A stretch of DNA of 64,000 nt. Origin: Isurus oxyrinchus (lineage: Eukaryota). The stretch spans positions 6,758,001 to 6,822,000 of the forward strand of contig JANJGN010000038.1 of assembly GCA_026770705.1 (NCBI GenBank), given 5' to 3'. Each line of letters starts with the position of its first letter. Positions within the stretch are counted from its first letter, which is position 1. Both the position numbers and the translations under genes were made by a program. The notes below the pieces were generated by a model that made no database searches, was not told where the DNA came from, and worked only from the letters and a program-made list of their open reading frames with translations. Shown one piece after another: positions 40,685 to 53,574 of this stretch.

Positions 40685-41173
40685 GTGAGTGGTGAGAATG
40701 AATCAATAAGTGAGCCAGTGTGCAAATTCCCGGTGTAAGTTTAAAAAACAATAATTAATGTACATTGCATTAATGAGCTAGTTTGATTGGTAATTTCATT
40801 AACTATAACCCCTGGGCCCGTAAATTATGCATTTAAGCAGTAAATTCATAAGTAGGCGAATGAACAGTACTCCAAGGTGTGATGATATAAGGTGGGAGGA
40901 GCCTGGTGTGGAGTTCAGACGCCAGCACAGAGCTGTTCGGCCGAATGGCCTGTTACTGTTACTGATGAAACTTTCCAGTCCAATCCCGCATATTCTCAGA
41001 GCGAATGATTGCATCCACATCTGCTCCGATCTAGAAAGCCGGTCAGACCCCAAAGTGGAAAATGGAGATCTTGAAAAGTCAAAACAAAACACATTTCTCT
41101 CACATCTAACCACTGGTGTCATTGTCCCTGGAATTATCCAGTTTTTTTGACATTTATTGTAAATTTTTTGCAG

Positions 41174-41565
41174 CTAAATATCCGCGGGAACCGTCCGTCT
41201 CTGTCCTCCTGCCCCCGGCTGAAGATGTCTCCACTCAGAGATTCATCTCCCTCAGCTGCTTAGTGAGAGGTTTCTCCCCCCGAGAGATCTTCGTCAAGTG
41301 GACCGTCAATGACAAGCCGGTGAATCCGGGGAACTACAAGAACACCGAGGTGATGGCGGAGAACGGCAATAACTCCTTCTTCATGTACAGCCTGTTATCC
41401 ATTGCAGCAGAGGAGTGGGCCAGCGGCGCTTCTTACTCCTGTGTGGTGGGACATGAAGCCATTCCCTTGAAATTCATCAACAGAACGGTTGATAAATCCA
41501 GCGGTAAACCGAGTTTTGTGAACATTTCCCTTGCACTGATGGACACCGTTAATTCATGTCAATGA
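41174..41565 (+). CDS. IGHM: IgM constant exon Cmu4 plus secretory tailpiece; internal donor after 41503 for the membrane form
   Basis: [11 protein letters not shown]...[17 protein letters not shown]...[11 protein letters not shown]...DKSS G|GTAAA; tail [20 protein letters not shown] with NIS sequon and penultimate Cys. Confidence 0.97.
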
Positions 41566-41601
41566 GAATCTATTACGTACATTTCATACTCTCGTAGAAA
41601 T

Positions 41602-41607
41602 AATAAA
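41602..41607 (+). terminator. Poly(A) signal, secreted mu mRNA
   Basis: AATAAA 36 nt after the stop; GT-rich sequence downstream (~41653). Confidence 0.8.
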
Positions 41608-42559
41608 GTATATTCCTCCAATTGTGAATTAAATACACAGCCACTTAATTAATTGTGTTTTCTAGTTTTGCTAATGTTAGGCCTGTTTAGTTGACGTTGG
41701 GAATTTACAGGTCTCAGACCCGAGTCTTGTGCAATCCGTGCCCCCAGCTCAGATACACCCTGGGTTAGAGACAGAATAATGCTCATTTCATTGCAGAATT
41801 TCGTAAAGTTACTTCACCAACTTGCCCCTCGCTGAGGTGAATTCTGACAATTTCCCATTTCCCACAAGCACACACAGCAGCAGCATTTAGTTCCCATTGT
41901 TCCTGCTGCACTTTTCGTCCATCCATTCAAATTTCTACCAGCCGGATGTTGCCGCATCGCACCCACTGGGAACTGAAGTGAGGGTCACACGGGAAGGCGA
42001 AATGTATCTCCACTTAGCCAACATAGAAAGGAGGGAGGGCATTAGTTAACGCAATGTACCTGCACATCCCCAACAGAGACAACCAGAGAGGAAATTGTTT
42101 ATCCAATGGAGGGAGTAGAGAGCGGAACATTAACTCACTAACCTCCCAGTCCCAGAGCAGAGGATATAGAATTGAACAGCTGTCTATGATATGGGTTAAA
42201 ATACAAGACGGCTTCTAGCTTCCTGCTCTCGGATTGTAATCTTCAATCATGGCAAACATAGTGCAGCATGATGTTTGGAAATGATTTTCAATCTCTTGTT
42301 CTTGTAAATCACAAGTTGCTGATGATTTTTCATAATCCAAAACTGGAACTGCTGATTCCATCCTTCCTGTTCTTCCGATTCTGTTTCTAATGTTTCTAGG
42401 GTACCACTGTTTAATTGTTGCATTCTATGGTTTGATGTCACATTGAACCCCAAAGAATACACATTCATACACAGAATGGCGAATAGTGTTCTCCATCGAT
42501 CATTCCTTCATGGTCAGGCCACGCTATTGATGTTCAGTGATACGTGGAACAATAATAAA

Positions 42560-42601
42560 AAAACACACACACTGACACAAGCTCATAAATATGCACATGC
42601 A

Positions 42602-42640
<39 letters not shown>

Positions 42641-42674
42641 GAAAAGCCACACTCACACATGCCCTGGCACAAGA

Positions 42675-42746
<72 letters not shown>

Positions 42747-42781
42747 GAAAAGCCACACTCACACATGCCCTGGCACAAGAT

Positions 42782-42814
<33 letters not shown>

Positions 42815-43742
42815 ACACACACACAGAATCACACGCACACACAGAATCACGCACAAACACACACACATACTCACACACACTACAGAAACAATGCAAACAC
42901 ACTATTGTGTAACAATACACACACAAACAAACATGCACACACACACACAGAAACGCACATGCACACACACACTGATTCACACACCCGCAAACATACATAA
43001 ACAAGCACACACATCCACACACAAATGCACACATGCACACATACATGCACACACACACACAAAGACACACACACACACACACACACACAAAGACAGACAA
43101 ACACACACCCTGGCACAAGATCACAAACACACAGAGACTCTCACACACACACACACACACCTACATACACACATATACACATACAGACAAATACAGGCTC
43201 ACACACGCCCTGACACAAGTTCACACACAGACACAGATACACAACAAAGGCACACATGCAAACTGACACCAGATCTCTCTCTTTCTCTCTCTCACAGACA
43301 ACACACACAGCGACAGAGAGACACAAACACACGCACACACAACCAGTGAGAGAAACATTTACATGCACTAGTACATAAAATGCACACACACACACAAACA
43401 CACATACACACGCACACACACATACACACACAGACAAAGACAGACTCACACACACCCTGGCAAAAGATCACACACAGACTCACACACACACAACAAAGGC
43501 ACACACACAATCTGACACCAGATCTCTCTCTCCCTCTCTCACAGAAAACCACACACAGACACATACACATGCACTGAAACCAAATTCCATGCACACACGT
43601 ACACAAAGGCAGGCACACACACACACAAACATACATAAACAAACGAACACATCCACACACACACAAACAAACACAAACATACATAAACAAGCACACAGAT
43701 CCATACACCCACACACACATATACACTCACACATACACACAT

Positions 43743-43786
<44 letters not shown>

Positions 43787-43988
43787 ACACACATACACAC
43801 ACACACAGACAGGCACACACATGCACTGGATAATGCTCACATGCTCGAACAAATAAACACAGACAGACACACACACATGCATACAAAAACACACAGACAG
43901 ACACACACACATGCACACAAACATACATAAATAAGCAAACACATCCACACACACAAACAAACACCAACATATATAAACAAGCACACAG

Positions 43989-44046
<58 letters not shown>

Positions 44047-44383
44047 ACACACACACACCACTGGATAATGCACACATGCCCGAACACAAAAAAACAGGCT
44101 GACATACACACAAAGAGAGAAAAGCACACAGACAGGCACAGATGCACATACAAACGCACACACACATACATAAACAAGCACACACATCCATACACACACA
44201 CACACACACACATATGTAAACAAGCACACACATCCACACACACACGCACACACAGACATACACAGGCATTGACACAGACATGCACACACAGGCACTTACA
44301 GACACACAAACACATGCATATACGAGCACACATGCAGTTATACACAGACATACACACATTCGGGCATGCATGCAGGCAGACAG

Positions 44384-44441
<58 letters not shown>

Positions 44442-44750
44442 CGACACACAACACGCACACACACACCCACTGGATCATGCACACTTGCCCGAACACATAA
44501 TTACACACTGACATTGACACAGACAGACAAAAGCAAACAGCCAGACACAGAGGCATCACAAACACACACACAAACACACAAGAGCACACACACAAACATA
44601 CATGAACAAACACACACACACACAAACCCACACACACCCACACACACACACAACCGCACACACCCCACTGGATCATGCGCACATATCCAAGCACATAAAC
44701 GGAGACTGACATAGACCCAGACACACAAAAGCACACAGACAGACACAGAG

Positions 44751-44797
<47 letters not shown>

Positions 44798-44857
44798 CAC
44801 ACACATACGTAAACAAGCACACACATCAACATACAAACACACACACATATACACACA

Positions 44858-44910
<53 letters not shown>

Positions 44911-46350
44911 TCACACAGGCATATACAAAAACCCACATGCATATATGCACAAAAACTCACACAAACACATGGACGCACACACACATATAAAAAATGAGTC
45001 ACACAATCAACACACAGAAACACACATGTAAATGCACACCTCCACACACTGATAAAAATACACAAACAAATACACAGGCAGGCAGAAGATCACACACACA
45101 CATACACAGGCATGCACAGGCACACAGAAACACTCACACACACAGGTTCCTACATAGGCACGGGGAAAGAGGCACATGTATGCAAACAGATGCAAGCATG
45201 CATACGCATATAGACAGGCACACACACACACGCACACACACACGCACACACACATACACATACAAGCACAAGTATGCATATACACACAAACCGACACACA
45301 CACACATATACACAGAGCCACACACACAAATGCACATGAAAACACAGACCCATGCAATGATAAACATGCACAGGCATACACACACAAACAAACCCACACA
45401 CACAAATACACACACATATACACACATTCACAAGAGAACACATATACATAGAAAATGTGTAGACATGCAAACTCAAAGTAACAGACCACACATATGCATA
45501 GATGCAACCTCATACTCAGAAATATACACTCATTCTCGACAAACAGACACACACTCACACACAGACACACGCGCACACACGCAGGCACGTAAAAATGCAG
45601 ATACTCTCTCACACACATGCACTCACAGTCACACACATGCAAACGTGTGTGCGCAAACACACACAAACACACATGCATGGATACACACAACAGCCACAAT
45701 TACAGATATACACAGCCCCATAAGCAGACTCAGACCGGACATGTAAGCATATACATGAACATGTTCATTACTATGCTTCAACGAGCACAACAATATAGAT
45801 ATAATGGCACACTACCATATACAATAGTGCACATGCATAGGCATTTCTACACACACATTAAAAATTGACACACGGACATACAGACAAATTGATGAACAGA
45901 CAGTAATATTTTCACAAACATAGAACAAGAAACAACTATGAATACATTCACGCACTCACAATAAAAACAGCCATTAATACATAGCTAGAAACATTCATGA
46001 ACACATAAACGCACGCCTCAACATACTCTCACGCTCATGGGGGCACAATCATTAGCGCATCAAACATAGAACATAAAAAGGCACAATATCAGATATATTA
46101 ATAGGCATGACGTAAACAAACTCTTTAACACAGACATTAATAAGTGAACATAAACATCAACGCATATAGACACACTAACACACTGATACTTTCATTTACA
46201 AATGAACAAACATACACACAAAGGCGGGCCACACATAAATAAGCATATCAACACTCATGCCACATGAACACACACATCAACGCTCATACAACAGGGCACA
46301 CAAACACAGTTAAAGACAGAGCAAGAGATACTCGTGCACATATACGCAAA
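42560..46350. repeat. Large CA-rich compound micro/minisatellite in the Cmu4-TM1 intron
   Basis: (CA)n runs with recurrent modules (CCCTGGCACAAGATCAC, CTGACACCAGATCTCTCT, CACTGGAT.ATGC); decays after ~45.7 kb. Confidence 0.95.
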
Positions 46351-46966
46351 TATTTAAAAAAAACACAAAGGCAAACGCCAGGCTAAAAACGAACGTATAT
46401 TTTAAATCTTTTTTTTTAACGGACACATCTTCCAAAAATTGCTGGGAGCACATAAAGACCCAGGAGACAGGCTGAAGCAATGTTCTCAATCAAAAACTGA
46501 CTTACGTTAATTATGTGCTGAACATTACCACCACAAATAAACAAACAAGATCAAAATTCACAAAAGGTATCTAACAGAGTTCAGAGTCTTGGAATTAATA
46601 GCTATCAGTACTTATCATTAAAATAATTGCTATTAATTAAGAAACCTTCTGCAATTTCCATCATAATATAATCCAGTGATATGTCGCACTAAGTTCATCC
46701 AAAATGAATGGGCATCGAAGGAAAAAAACACGTTTTCCAATAGGGGCAGGATGAGAAATGTAAAGTGAGAGCAGCTGTGGAGTTAGCAACAGACAGAGAT
46801 TGTTGAGAGTCACTTATTCATTAATAGATATGCATTGAAAACTAAATTACTGAACAGATCAAAAGCTTGAGAAAGATACAATCGAATTAATATATATAAA
46901 AAAAATCAGTAAGACACCCTCGATTAATAAGAATGTAATTAAAATTCCTCGGTTATATCCCTGTAG

Positions 46967-47094
46967 ATTCCACAGACCGCATCTGGATTGAAGACAATGA
47001 GGACGATAACGGGAACATCTGGACAACCGCTTCCACATTCATTGTCCTGTTCTTCCTGAGCATTTTCTACAGCACTGCCGTCACTCTGGTGAAG
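46967..47094 (+). CDS. IGHM: IgM transmembrane exon TM1
   Basis: DSTDRIWIEDNEDDNGNIWTTASTFIVLFFLSIFYSTAVTLVK (CART motif); AG at 46965-66, GT at 47095. Missed by the ORF track. Confidence 0.96.
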
Positions 47095-47234
47095 GTGAGA
47101 AGATTCAATCCACTAACACTACAATCTGACAGAAGCGGTTTGAAAACTTTCTAAATATTTGAACAATTAAAAACTATAACATAAATGCACCAGATCATTA
47201 ACATCTGCTTCATTATTTTCTCCCTCTTTTACAG

Positions 47235-47243
47235 ATTAAGTGA
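47235..47243 (+). CDS. IGHM: IgM TM2 exon (IK-stop)
   Basis: Polypyrimidine tract + ACAG, then ATT AAG TGA; gives a KIK cytoplasmic tail. Confidence 0.88.
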   Translation: MK

Positions 47244-47639
47244 TTGGTTGAATTTGGACCTCGTAGCTTTTCCTCAGCTGTTCATTAAGATCTCTGTATT
47301 CCAATTTAAGATATGTTCTCTTGGTGATCCCGAATCTGTAACTGAGCCTGTAACAGTATTTCCGTTTTCCTGTATGAAATGTGCGAGATGGTAATGGTTG
47401 TACTGTAACTGTAGCATCTAATTTCCCTGGAATTAGGATTTCAATTGTAATTAAGTAACTTTTCTCATTCCTTATTCACTATTACCCCTTCCCTTTCCGT
47501 TGAGCCGCTGTTTTCTTTTGCTGATCTATGTTCCAGTGGTACATACAGTTTACCAACTCAGAGCGCATATGGACTCAGAGCGCATGTGTTCTGTTCCCAA
47601 CGTGACTTCAGGAATTATATTCACTTCTGTTAACTTTAA

Positions 47640-47681
47640 AATAAACTTTCCTGTAAAATATTCTCTGAGATTGCTAATAAA
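47640..47681 (+). terminator. Candidate poly(A) signals, membrane mu mRNA
   Basis: AATAAA at 47640 and 47676. Confidence 0.6.
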
Positions 47682-48724
47682 TTTGGAATGAAAAGCGAAC
47701 TAACTGTGACTTTGCTGAAATTCCTTTCTCCAAGGCCCATCGACACCGCTCCATTTTCCCTATTACACATTTCTCCCCATTTTACCATTCCTGTCGGGGT
47801 TCTGTTTACACCCATCACCCCATCCGTGTAAGGTGACTTTTACCTCTGCCTGTTTCTGGCAATTGCCCGAGGCGGAATGAATGAACAGGGAGGGTCACCT
47901 GGTGATTTCACTCTGGACAGTCACAGTCACATGTCTGGCAATTCCAAACTGCAGGGTTCGGCTTCAAAGGAGGTTGACACACGGCAGGAAATTGGAGCAT
48001 AAAACGCCCTTTTCAATGCCCCATCCAACACTCCCACGGTTGGTGCAGCCAGGGTCAGAAACAGGGTAAAGATCCCTTGTCCGATTAAAGACTTTGAAGG
48101 TGAGGATGCCACAGGCTAGATATATGACACAGGCAGAATAAGGAGCACAAACCAATGGGCGTTTCCAGGGGCATGTCTGGCACTGATATATTATTAAGTG
48201 CAACTCCTGCAAATAATTACAGAGCTTTAGGTCTCTTGGACATACCTGGGGGGACAAAAATGCGAAAATGCCCAAAAACGGGGTTCAACGTTAAGCCGCA
48301 AGTAACCATAAACATGAGGCTTGTTCCCAGACCTTGGGGCCGATCGGATACTGGGACACTGGCTTCGCATTTTCTGTTAAATACACAAACAGACATAGCC
48401 CGCATAACGCCCTGCCCCACCCCTTTCTGTTAAGCACATACACGGTGCTTATTCCAGTAAACACACACTGACTCTCCACTTCCACCTTTTCCGTTAAATC
48501 CATTAACCCTGTCATTCTCCCATCTGCTTCGATAAAGAACTGTATTCCTGATCAGCTCCATCCCCTCTGATACCATCTCCCTGAACTCACTGAACATCAC
48601 CCCAGAGATCCTCTCTCTCTGCTCCATTCCCTCTGATACCAATTTTCTGAACTCACTGAACATCACCCCAGGGGTAAACACAGAAAGCGCTGGAAAGCTC
48701 AGCAGGTCTGATAGCAGCTCCACT

Positions 48725-49220
48725 GATCTCCACTTGCCTGGGTGAGCGCAACTTCAACAACACACTTGAAGTTCGACACCATCCAGCACAAAGTCGCTCA
48801 ATTGTTGACAGCTCATTTACCAGCTTCACCATTCACTCCCTCCACCACCGCTGCACAGTAGCAGCAGTGTGTGCCAATTACTAGATGCACTGCAGGAACT
48901 CGTCAAGGCTCCTTCGACAGCACCTTCCAAATCCACGACCTCTACCATCTAGAAAGACAAGGGCAACAGATACATGGGAAGACCACCACCTGGAATTTCC
49001 TTCAATGTCACTCACCATTTTGACTTGGAAATGTATCGCTGCTCCTTCGCTGTCGCTGGGTCAAAATTCTGGATCTCCCTTCCTAACAGCACTGTGTGTG
49101 TACCTGCACTACATGGACTGTAGCGGTTCAAGAAGGCAGCTCACCATTTTCCTCTCAAGGGCAGTTAGGGATGGGCAGAAAAATGTTGGACTCACCAACG
49201 AAGCCCACGTCCCGTGAAAT
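48725..49220 (+). mobile_element. LINE 3' end fragment (family also at 22495-22740 and 52650-52990)
   Basis: Shared ACCATCTAGAA.GACAAGG.CAGCAGA...GCTGGGTCAAAAT.CTGGA.CTCCCTTCCTAACAGCACT. Confidence 0.75.
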
Positions 49221-49989
49221 AATAATAAATAATTTTCTAACTGATCATTGGGAACAGAAAAGCCGATTCTTGCAAAGGAAATGGACAGCCTGATATCACT
49301 TTGTGAACAATGGAAAACAACCGAATAGTTATCAATAAATAGTTGCAGTATTAAACTATCTGCAATTAAAATGCAGGAACACTTTGGGATTTAACAGGTT
49401 CACTGAGGGTGGAGATGGGCTGAAGGTTATCACTGAAGTTAATGTAGGGGAGTTATTCTTTATTCAGTTTTTTATTCAAAAAAACGTTATTAGAAAATCA
49501 GAGATTTAAATGAATGGGCAATTTCCCAGAGACAGAGAGACAGAGAGAGAGAGAGGGAGAGAGATCAATATGTTTCAGTGAGTTAGACTCTGTCTCAGGT
49601 AGAGAGATGACAGACATTAAGTAAGTGTGCTGACAAACATGCCTGTCTTAGCAAAGAAATGGTTAGTATCACATGCAATTCTAAACAAAAGCACAACAGA
49701 ATGTAATCCCAATAAATATTTACGATATTAGGCGATCTGTAGTTACAGGTTGAGTAAGAGAAAAAAAAAAGCTGAAACATTCTGGTGAAGATAAATCTTT
49801 TATCTTTGCGGAATGATGCAGTATTATTTCTTTTCACACAGACACACACAAAAGGCGATATCTCATATGTAATTCTGTTGGCTGTAATGAAAATTAATAT
49901 GAGCAACTGTGCGGAATAACCAGTCAATAGGAAACTTCTAGTTTTAGGCCAAAGTCAGTTTCTAACTCAACATCCACCTTATAGAGACA

Positions 49990-51290
49990 TAGACAAGTGA
50001 ATTAATAACAGAGACAGAGTTTGGTGTGGTAATTACTGAGACAGGGCCTAGTGCAATTTAAGCAAAGACATTACAAGTGCAGTAATAATCGAGACAGCAT
50101 CTAATATTACTTAAGCAAAGATGTGACCGAGTGCACGAATAACAGGGACGGGGACAAGTGTTATATTAACATAGACAGGGTCTACTGCTATAATAGCAGA
50201 GACGGGAATACAGGGCCTGGATCAATTTCAAGTGAAATAGGGCAGTTATTACAGGCATAGGGCCTACAGTGATTGCTTCCTAGAGAGAGTCTAAGTCGTA
50301 ATAACGGAGACTGCCGCCAGTGTAAGAGAGACAGATATGATCTCGTGGAGTAAAATCAGGGAAAGTGAGAGTGGAATAGAAGCAGAGACAGAGGTACAAA
50401 GACAAAGCCTCTGCAGAGACAGGATCCATTTTAATTGAAAAGACAGACAAGGTCGTGTGTGATACAGGCTGATACAGAATCTAGTGTAACTTGTTCTGAA
50501 ATGGTCTAGCGGAATATAAATGCAGACATGATTGACTGTGTTATAAGCAGGGCTGCGATTAGTGGAACTTAAGTGGGGCAGTGCAGAGTGCAGTAATAAT
50601 TGAGACAGCACCTTATGTAATTCGAACCTGCCTAGTGTAGTAATAACACAGACCGGATCCAGTAGAAGAAAACCGATACACAGTCTAGTGGAGCTTCACA
50701 TAATCCAGCGCGCTTTGTAATATAATCTGACGCAGTGTCTGGTGAATTAAATACCGGCAAAGGTACGAGATTAGTAAAAACAGAGACATGGACAAGCACG
50801 GCAATAAGCAAGTAATGGTATTGGACAATAACAATAGAAACAGGGAATTGTGTGATATGAATGGAGGAATGTATTGGTGCAGCATTACCTGAGATAGAGT
50901 CCAATTTGATAGACACGTGGCAGGTTCTACTGGAGTAATAGCTGAGACAGAGTCTTGTTAAATGCAAATAAAAACATGTTGAGTTTTCTATAACCAGAGA
51001 CAAGCTGTAGTGCAGTGCCAACTGGGGCATGGCTTATTGTAACTTTAGCCGAGACCTGCTTCAGTGCAGTTATGGCTGAGATAGTGCCAATTGTATTGTG
51101 GCCCTCGTTCAGTGCATACTCAACTGTGACTGAGCCAATTACAGAAAGAACTGAGAGATGACCTTTTCTAATATGATCAGAGACAAGTCCTAGTGTAATA
51201 GAAACAGAAATGGCGTCTAATTTAATATGAACAGAGACAGTGCCAAATGCAGTAATAATTGAGACAGCGCCTGTGATGTGAGCATTCACG
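49990..51290 (+). repeat. Degenerate 27-bp family array 3' of the IgM gene
   Basis: About 26-27-bp periodic GAGACAGGG.CTAGTG(C/T)A..AATA/TAAAC units, same motif and orientation as 12.3-12.9 kb. Confidence 0.75.
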
Positions 51291-51398
51291 GTTACACTGC
51301 CACCCATTGGTCAAGCTTTGCTATTACAGGTGTTGCGAAAATGTCGATTACATTTACTGTTTCTGAGATCAATGGCTAAAATCGGAAATAATGGAAAA

Positions 51399-51480
51399 CG
51401 TAGTCGACAGGATTTGAACCTGCGCGGGGTAACCCCAATGGATTTCAAATCCATCGCCTTAACCACTCGGCCACGACTAC
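51399..51480 (-). tRNA. tRNA-Ser: tRNA-Ser(UGA), probably intact
   Basis: GTAGTCGTGGCCGAGTGGTTAAGGCGATGGATTTGAAATCCATTGGGGTTACCCCGCGCAGGTTCAAATCCTGTCGACTACG; stems pair, long variable arm, TTTT terminator follows. Confidence 0.92.
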
Positions 51481-52649
51481 AGACCTGGAGAGTAAAACAT
51501 ATATATTTCATATATGAAATCATAGAATAGTTACAGCAGAGAAAAAGCGTCTTCTTCCCACCCTGTCACTGCAACAACCCAGCCTTTTCCCCATAACCCT
51601 GCAATTTATACTGTCCCTCCTCGTTCTCCCTCCCAAACTGGGAATGAAAGAGAGAATGAAAGAGGAAGAGAAGTGACGGGTTTTGTAGATCCCAGGGAGA
51701 AGAGACTCCGGGAACAGTTCATTGTGACAGTTCACACAGCAACAAGAAAACAGCATTCCCTGAGGAGGGCCAGGAGTGGGAGCGTGTTTAGTTCAAACAC
51801 AGAAGACTTGTTCAGCCAATAACAGCATCGAGTGTGTTAGACATGAACATGCAGTGAACAGTGAGGTGAAATAGTGCCACAAGCTGCGGATGTGCAACTT
51901 TCAATTTCCAAGACCCACCATCCTCATCAATGCTGCTCCTCTGAAACTTTCAAGGTCAATGTTGATCCTTTATATGGTGCCGTTCCCAGAACGAGACAAG
52001 GTCCTCCAGGTGTGACCTAACCAGGGCTTTGTATAGCTGCAGCAAACCTTTCCCTCTTTCCAATAACAGCCTCTGTAACAGGTTGTATAGACAGAGAGAT
52101 TAGATTGTATCGATCGAATAAGAAAAATAAGGAGATGCTTCATCAAACTAAAATTCCTTTTGAAATTCCATTTGAAATGAACTTAATTTTTTTGAAAGCT
52201 GTGTAAGAATCTCCAGCCTAACTCTTCATGTCACTGGGTCAGGGGAACTTTGTTAATTTTCACACACTGTGCATGGACACGGCAGCAGCTCCTGCACCTC
52301 TTTCAATATTGTTTTTCTTAACTCAGAGTTTTCGAAAGGGAATTGGATAATGACTTGAAAGGGAGAAAAATGATCAGGGTGATGGAGAAAGAGAAGGAAA
52401 CTGCGACTAATTGGAAAGAACATTGTAAAAAGCTGATATTGATATGATGGTTTAAATGGTCTCCTCGCACACTCTGCCATTTTGTGATGACATCACCAGA
52501 TTAATTTGATGACAACATTTCTAAATTTGCCACCCGAATTCCATTTCTGTAAAACAAAGACGCAAAGTGCGGCTGCAGGACCTCACAGTTTAACATAGTG
52601 TGCAGGTGCCTCTGGCTTTGTCAGGTATTGTTCTGTAGGGGAGTGGTTA

Positions 52650-52990
52650 TCACATGTGCATGAAATCACCAAGCCTCCTTAGACAGAACCTTCCAATCCC
52701 ACGACAATTACCATCTAGAAAAACAAGGACAGCAGATCGATGGGAACACGACCACCTGGAATTTCTCCTGCAAGGCACTCACCCTCTTGACTTGGAAATA
52801 TGTCACTGTTTCTTCACTGTTGCTGGGTCAAAATCCTGGAACTCCCTTCCTAACAGCACTCTGGGTGTACCTACACCACAAGGACTGCTGCGTTTCAGGA
52901 AGGCAGCTCAGCAGCACCTTCTGAAGGGACAATGGGATGTGCAATAAATGCTGGCCCAGCCAGCGAAGCCCATATCCCGAGAATGTATTA
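52650..52990 (+). mobile_element. LINE 3' end fragment
   Basis: Paralog of 48880-49220. Confidence 0.75.
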
Positions 52991-53502
52991 CATACTGTCT
53001 GCAGAATTAATCATAAATCTTCTTCTCATCCGTGTCACTCAAAGTTATTTTAGTTGCAAACATTCACTAAATTTGGAGTCTGAAACGGAACAATCATTGG
53101 CCAATTTGATGACACCGTTGTTTTCTGGGTCTTTGTCTCTCCTTAGGCCTCTGTCACTCTCGGTGTACATGACTGTGTGTGTTCCTCTCTGTGTGTCAAT
53201 GTGATTCAGTCCCCTGAGGGGTTGTACACATTTTTTCCCATCACAAACGTTTTACACATTGGTTGTGCAGCTTCACATTACAATGTAACAGAGAAAAGTA
53301 TCAAGATAAAAGAGGAATTTGCAATGTCTTGCATCCCATATCTTAACCTCTGCGTTTGCTTTGATGCACTGATGCCATTCCCAGCTGTGGTGCCAAATTC
53401 CAGCTCTTGCTCCATTCATTCTGATAGAGATGATACACAGGATTTCTGCGTGTTTTATTACTCAGGGTCATCCCAGCACTTCGCCAAGGTTTTTAATCAC
53501 TG

Positions 53503-53574
53503 CTCCTTCATCAGGAATCGAACCCACGCCCTGACTATGAAAGCACAGAATCGTAGCTATTGGACCACCAGGGA
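53503..53574 (-). pseudogene. tRNA-Glu(UUC) pseudogene
   Basis: TCCCTGGTGGTCCAATAGCTACGATTCTGTGCTTTCATAG...GGTTCGATTCC; many stem mismatches. Confidence 0.8.

Noticed and set aside
35263-41565. Possible IgM1gj-like (germline-joined, Cmu2-less) gene or pseudogene
   Set aside because: Segments are unjoined, all four C exons are present and open, and splice phases are compatible.
42443-45868. Many His/Thr- or Cys/Val-rich ORFs
   Set aside because: Translations of (CA)n/(TG)n repeats.
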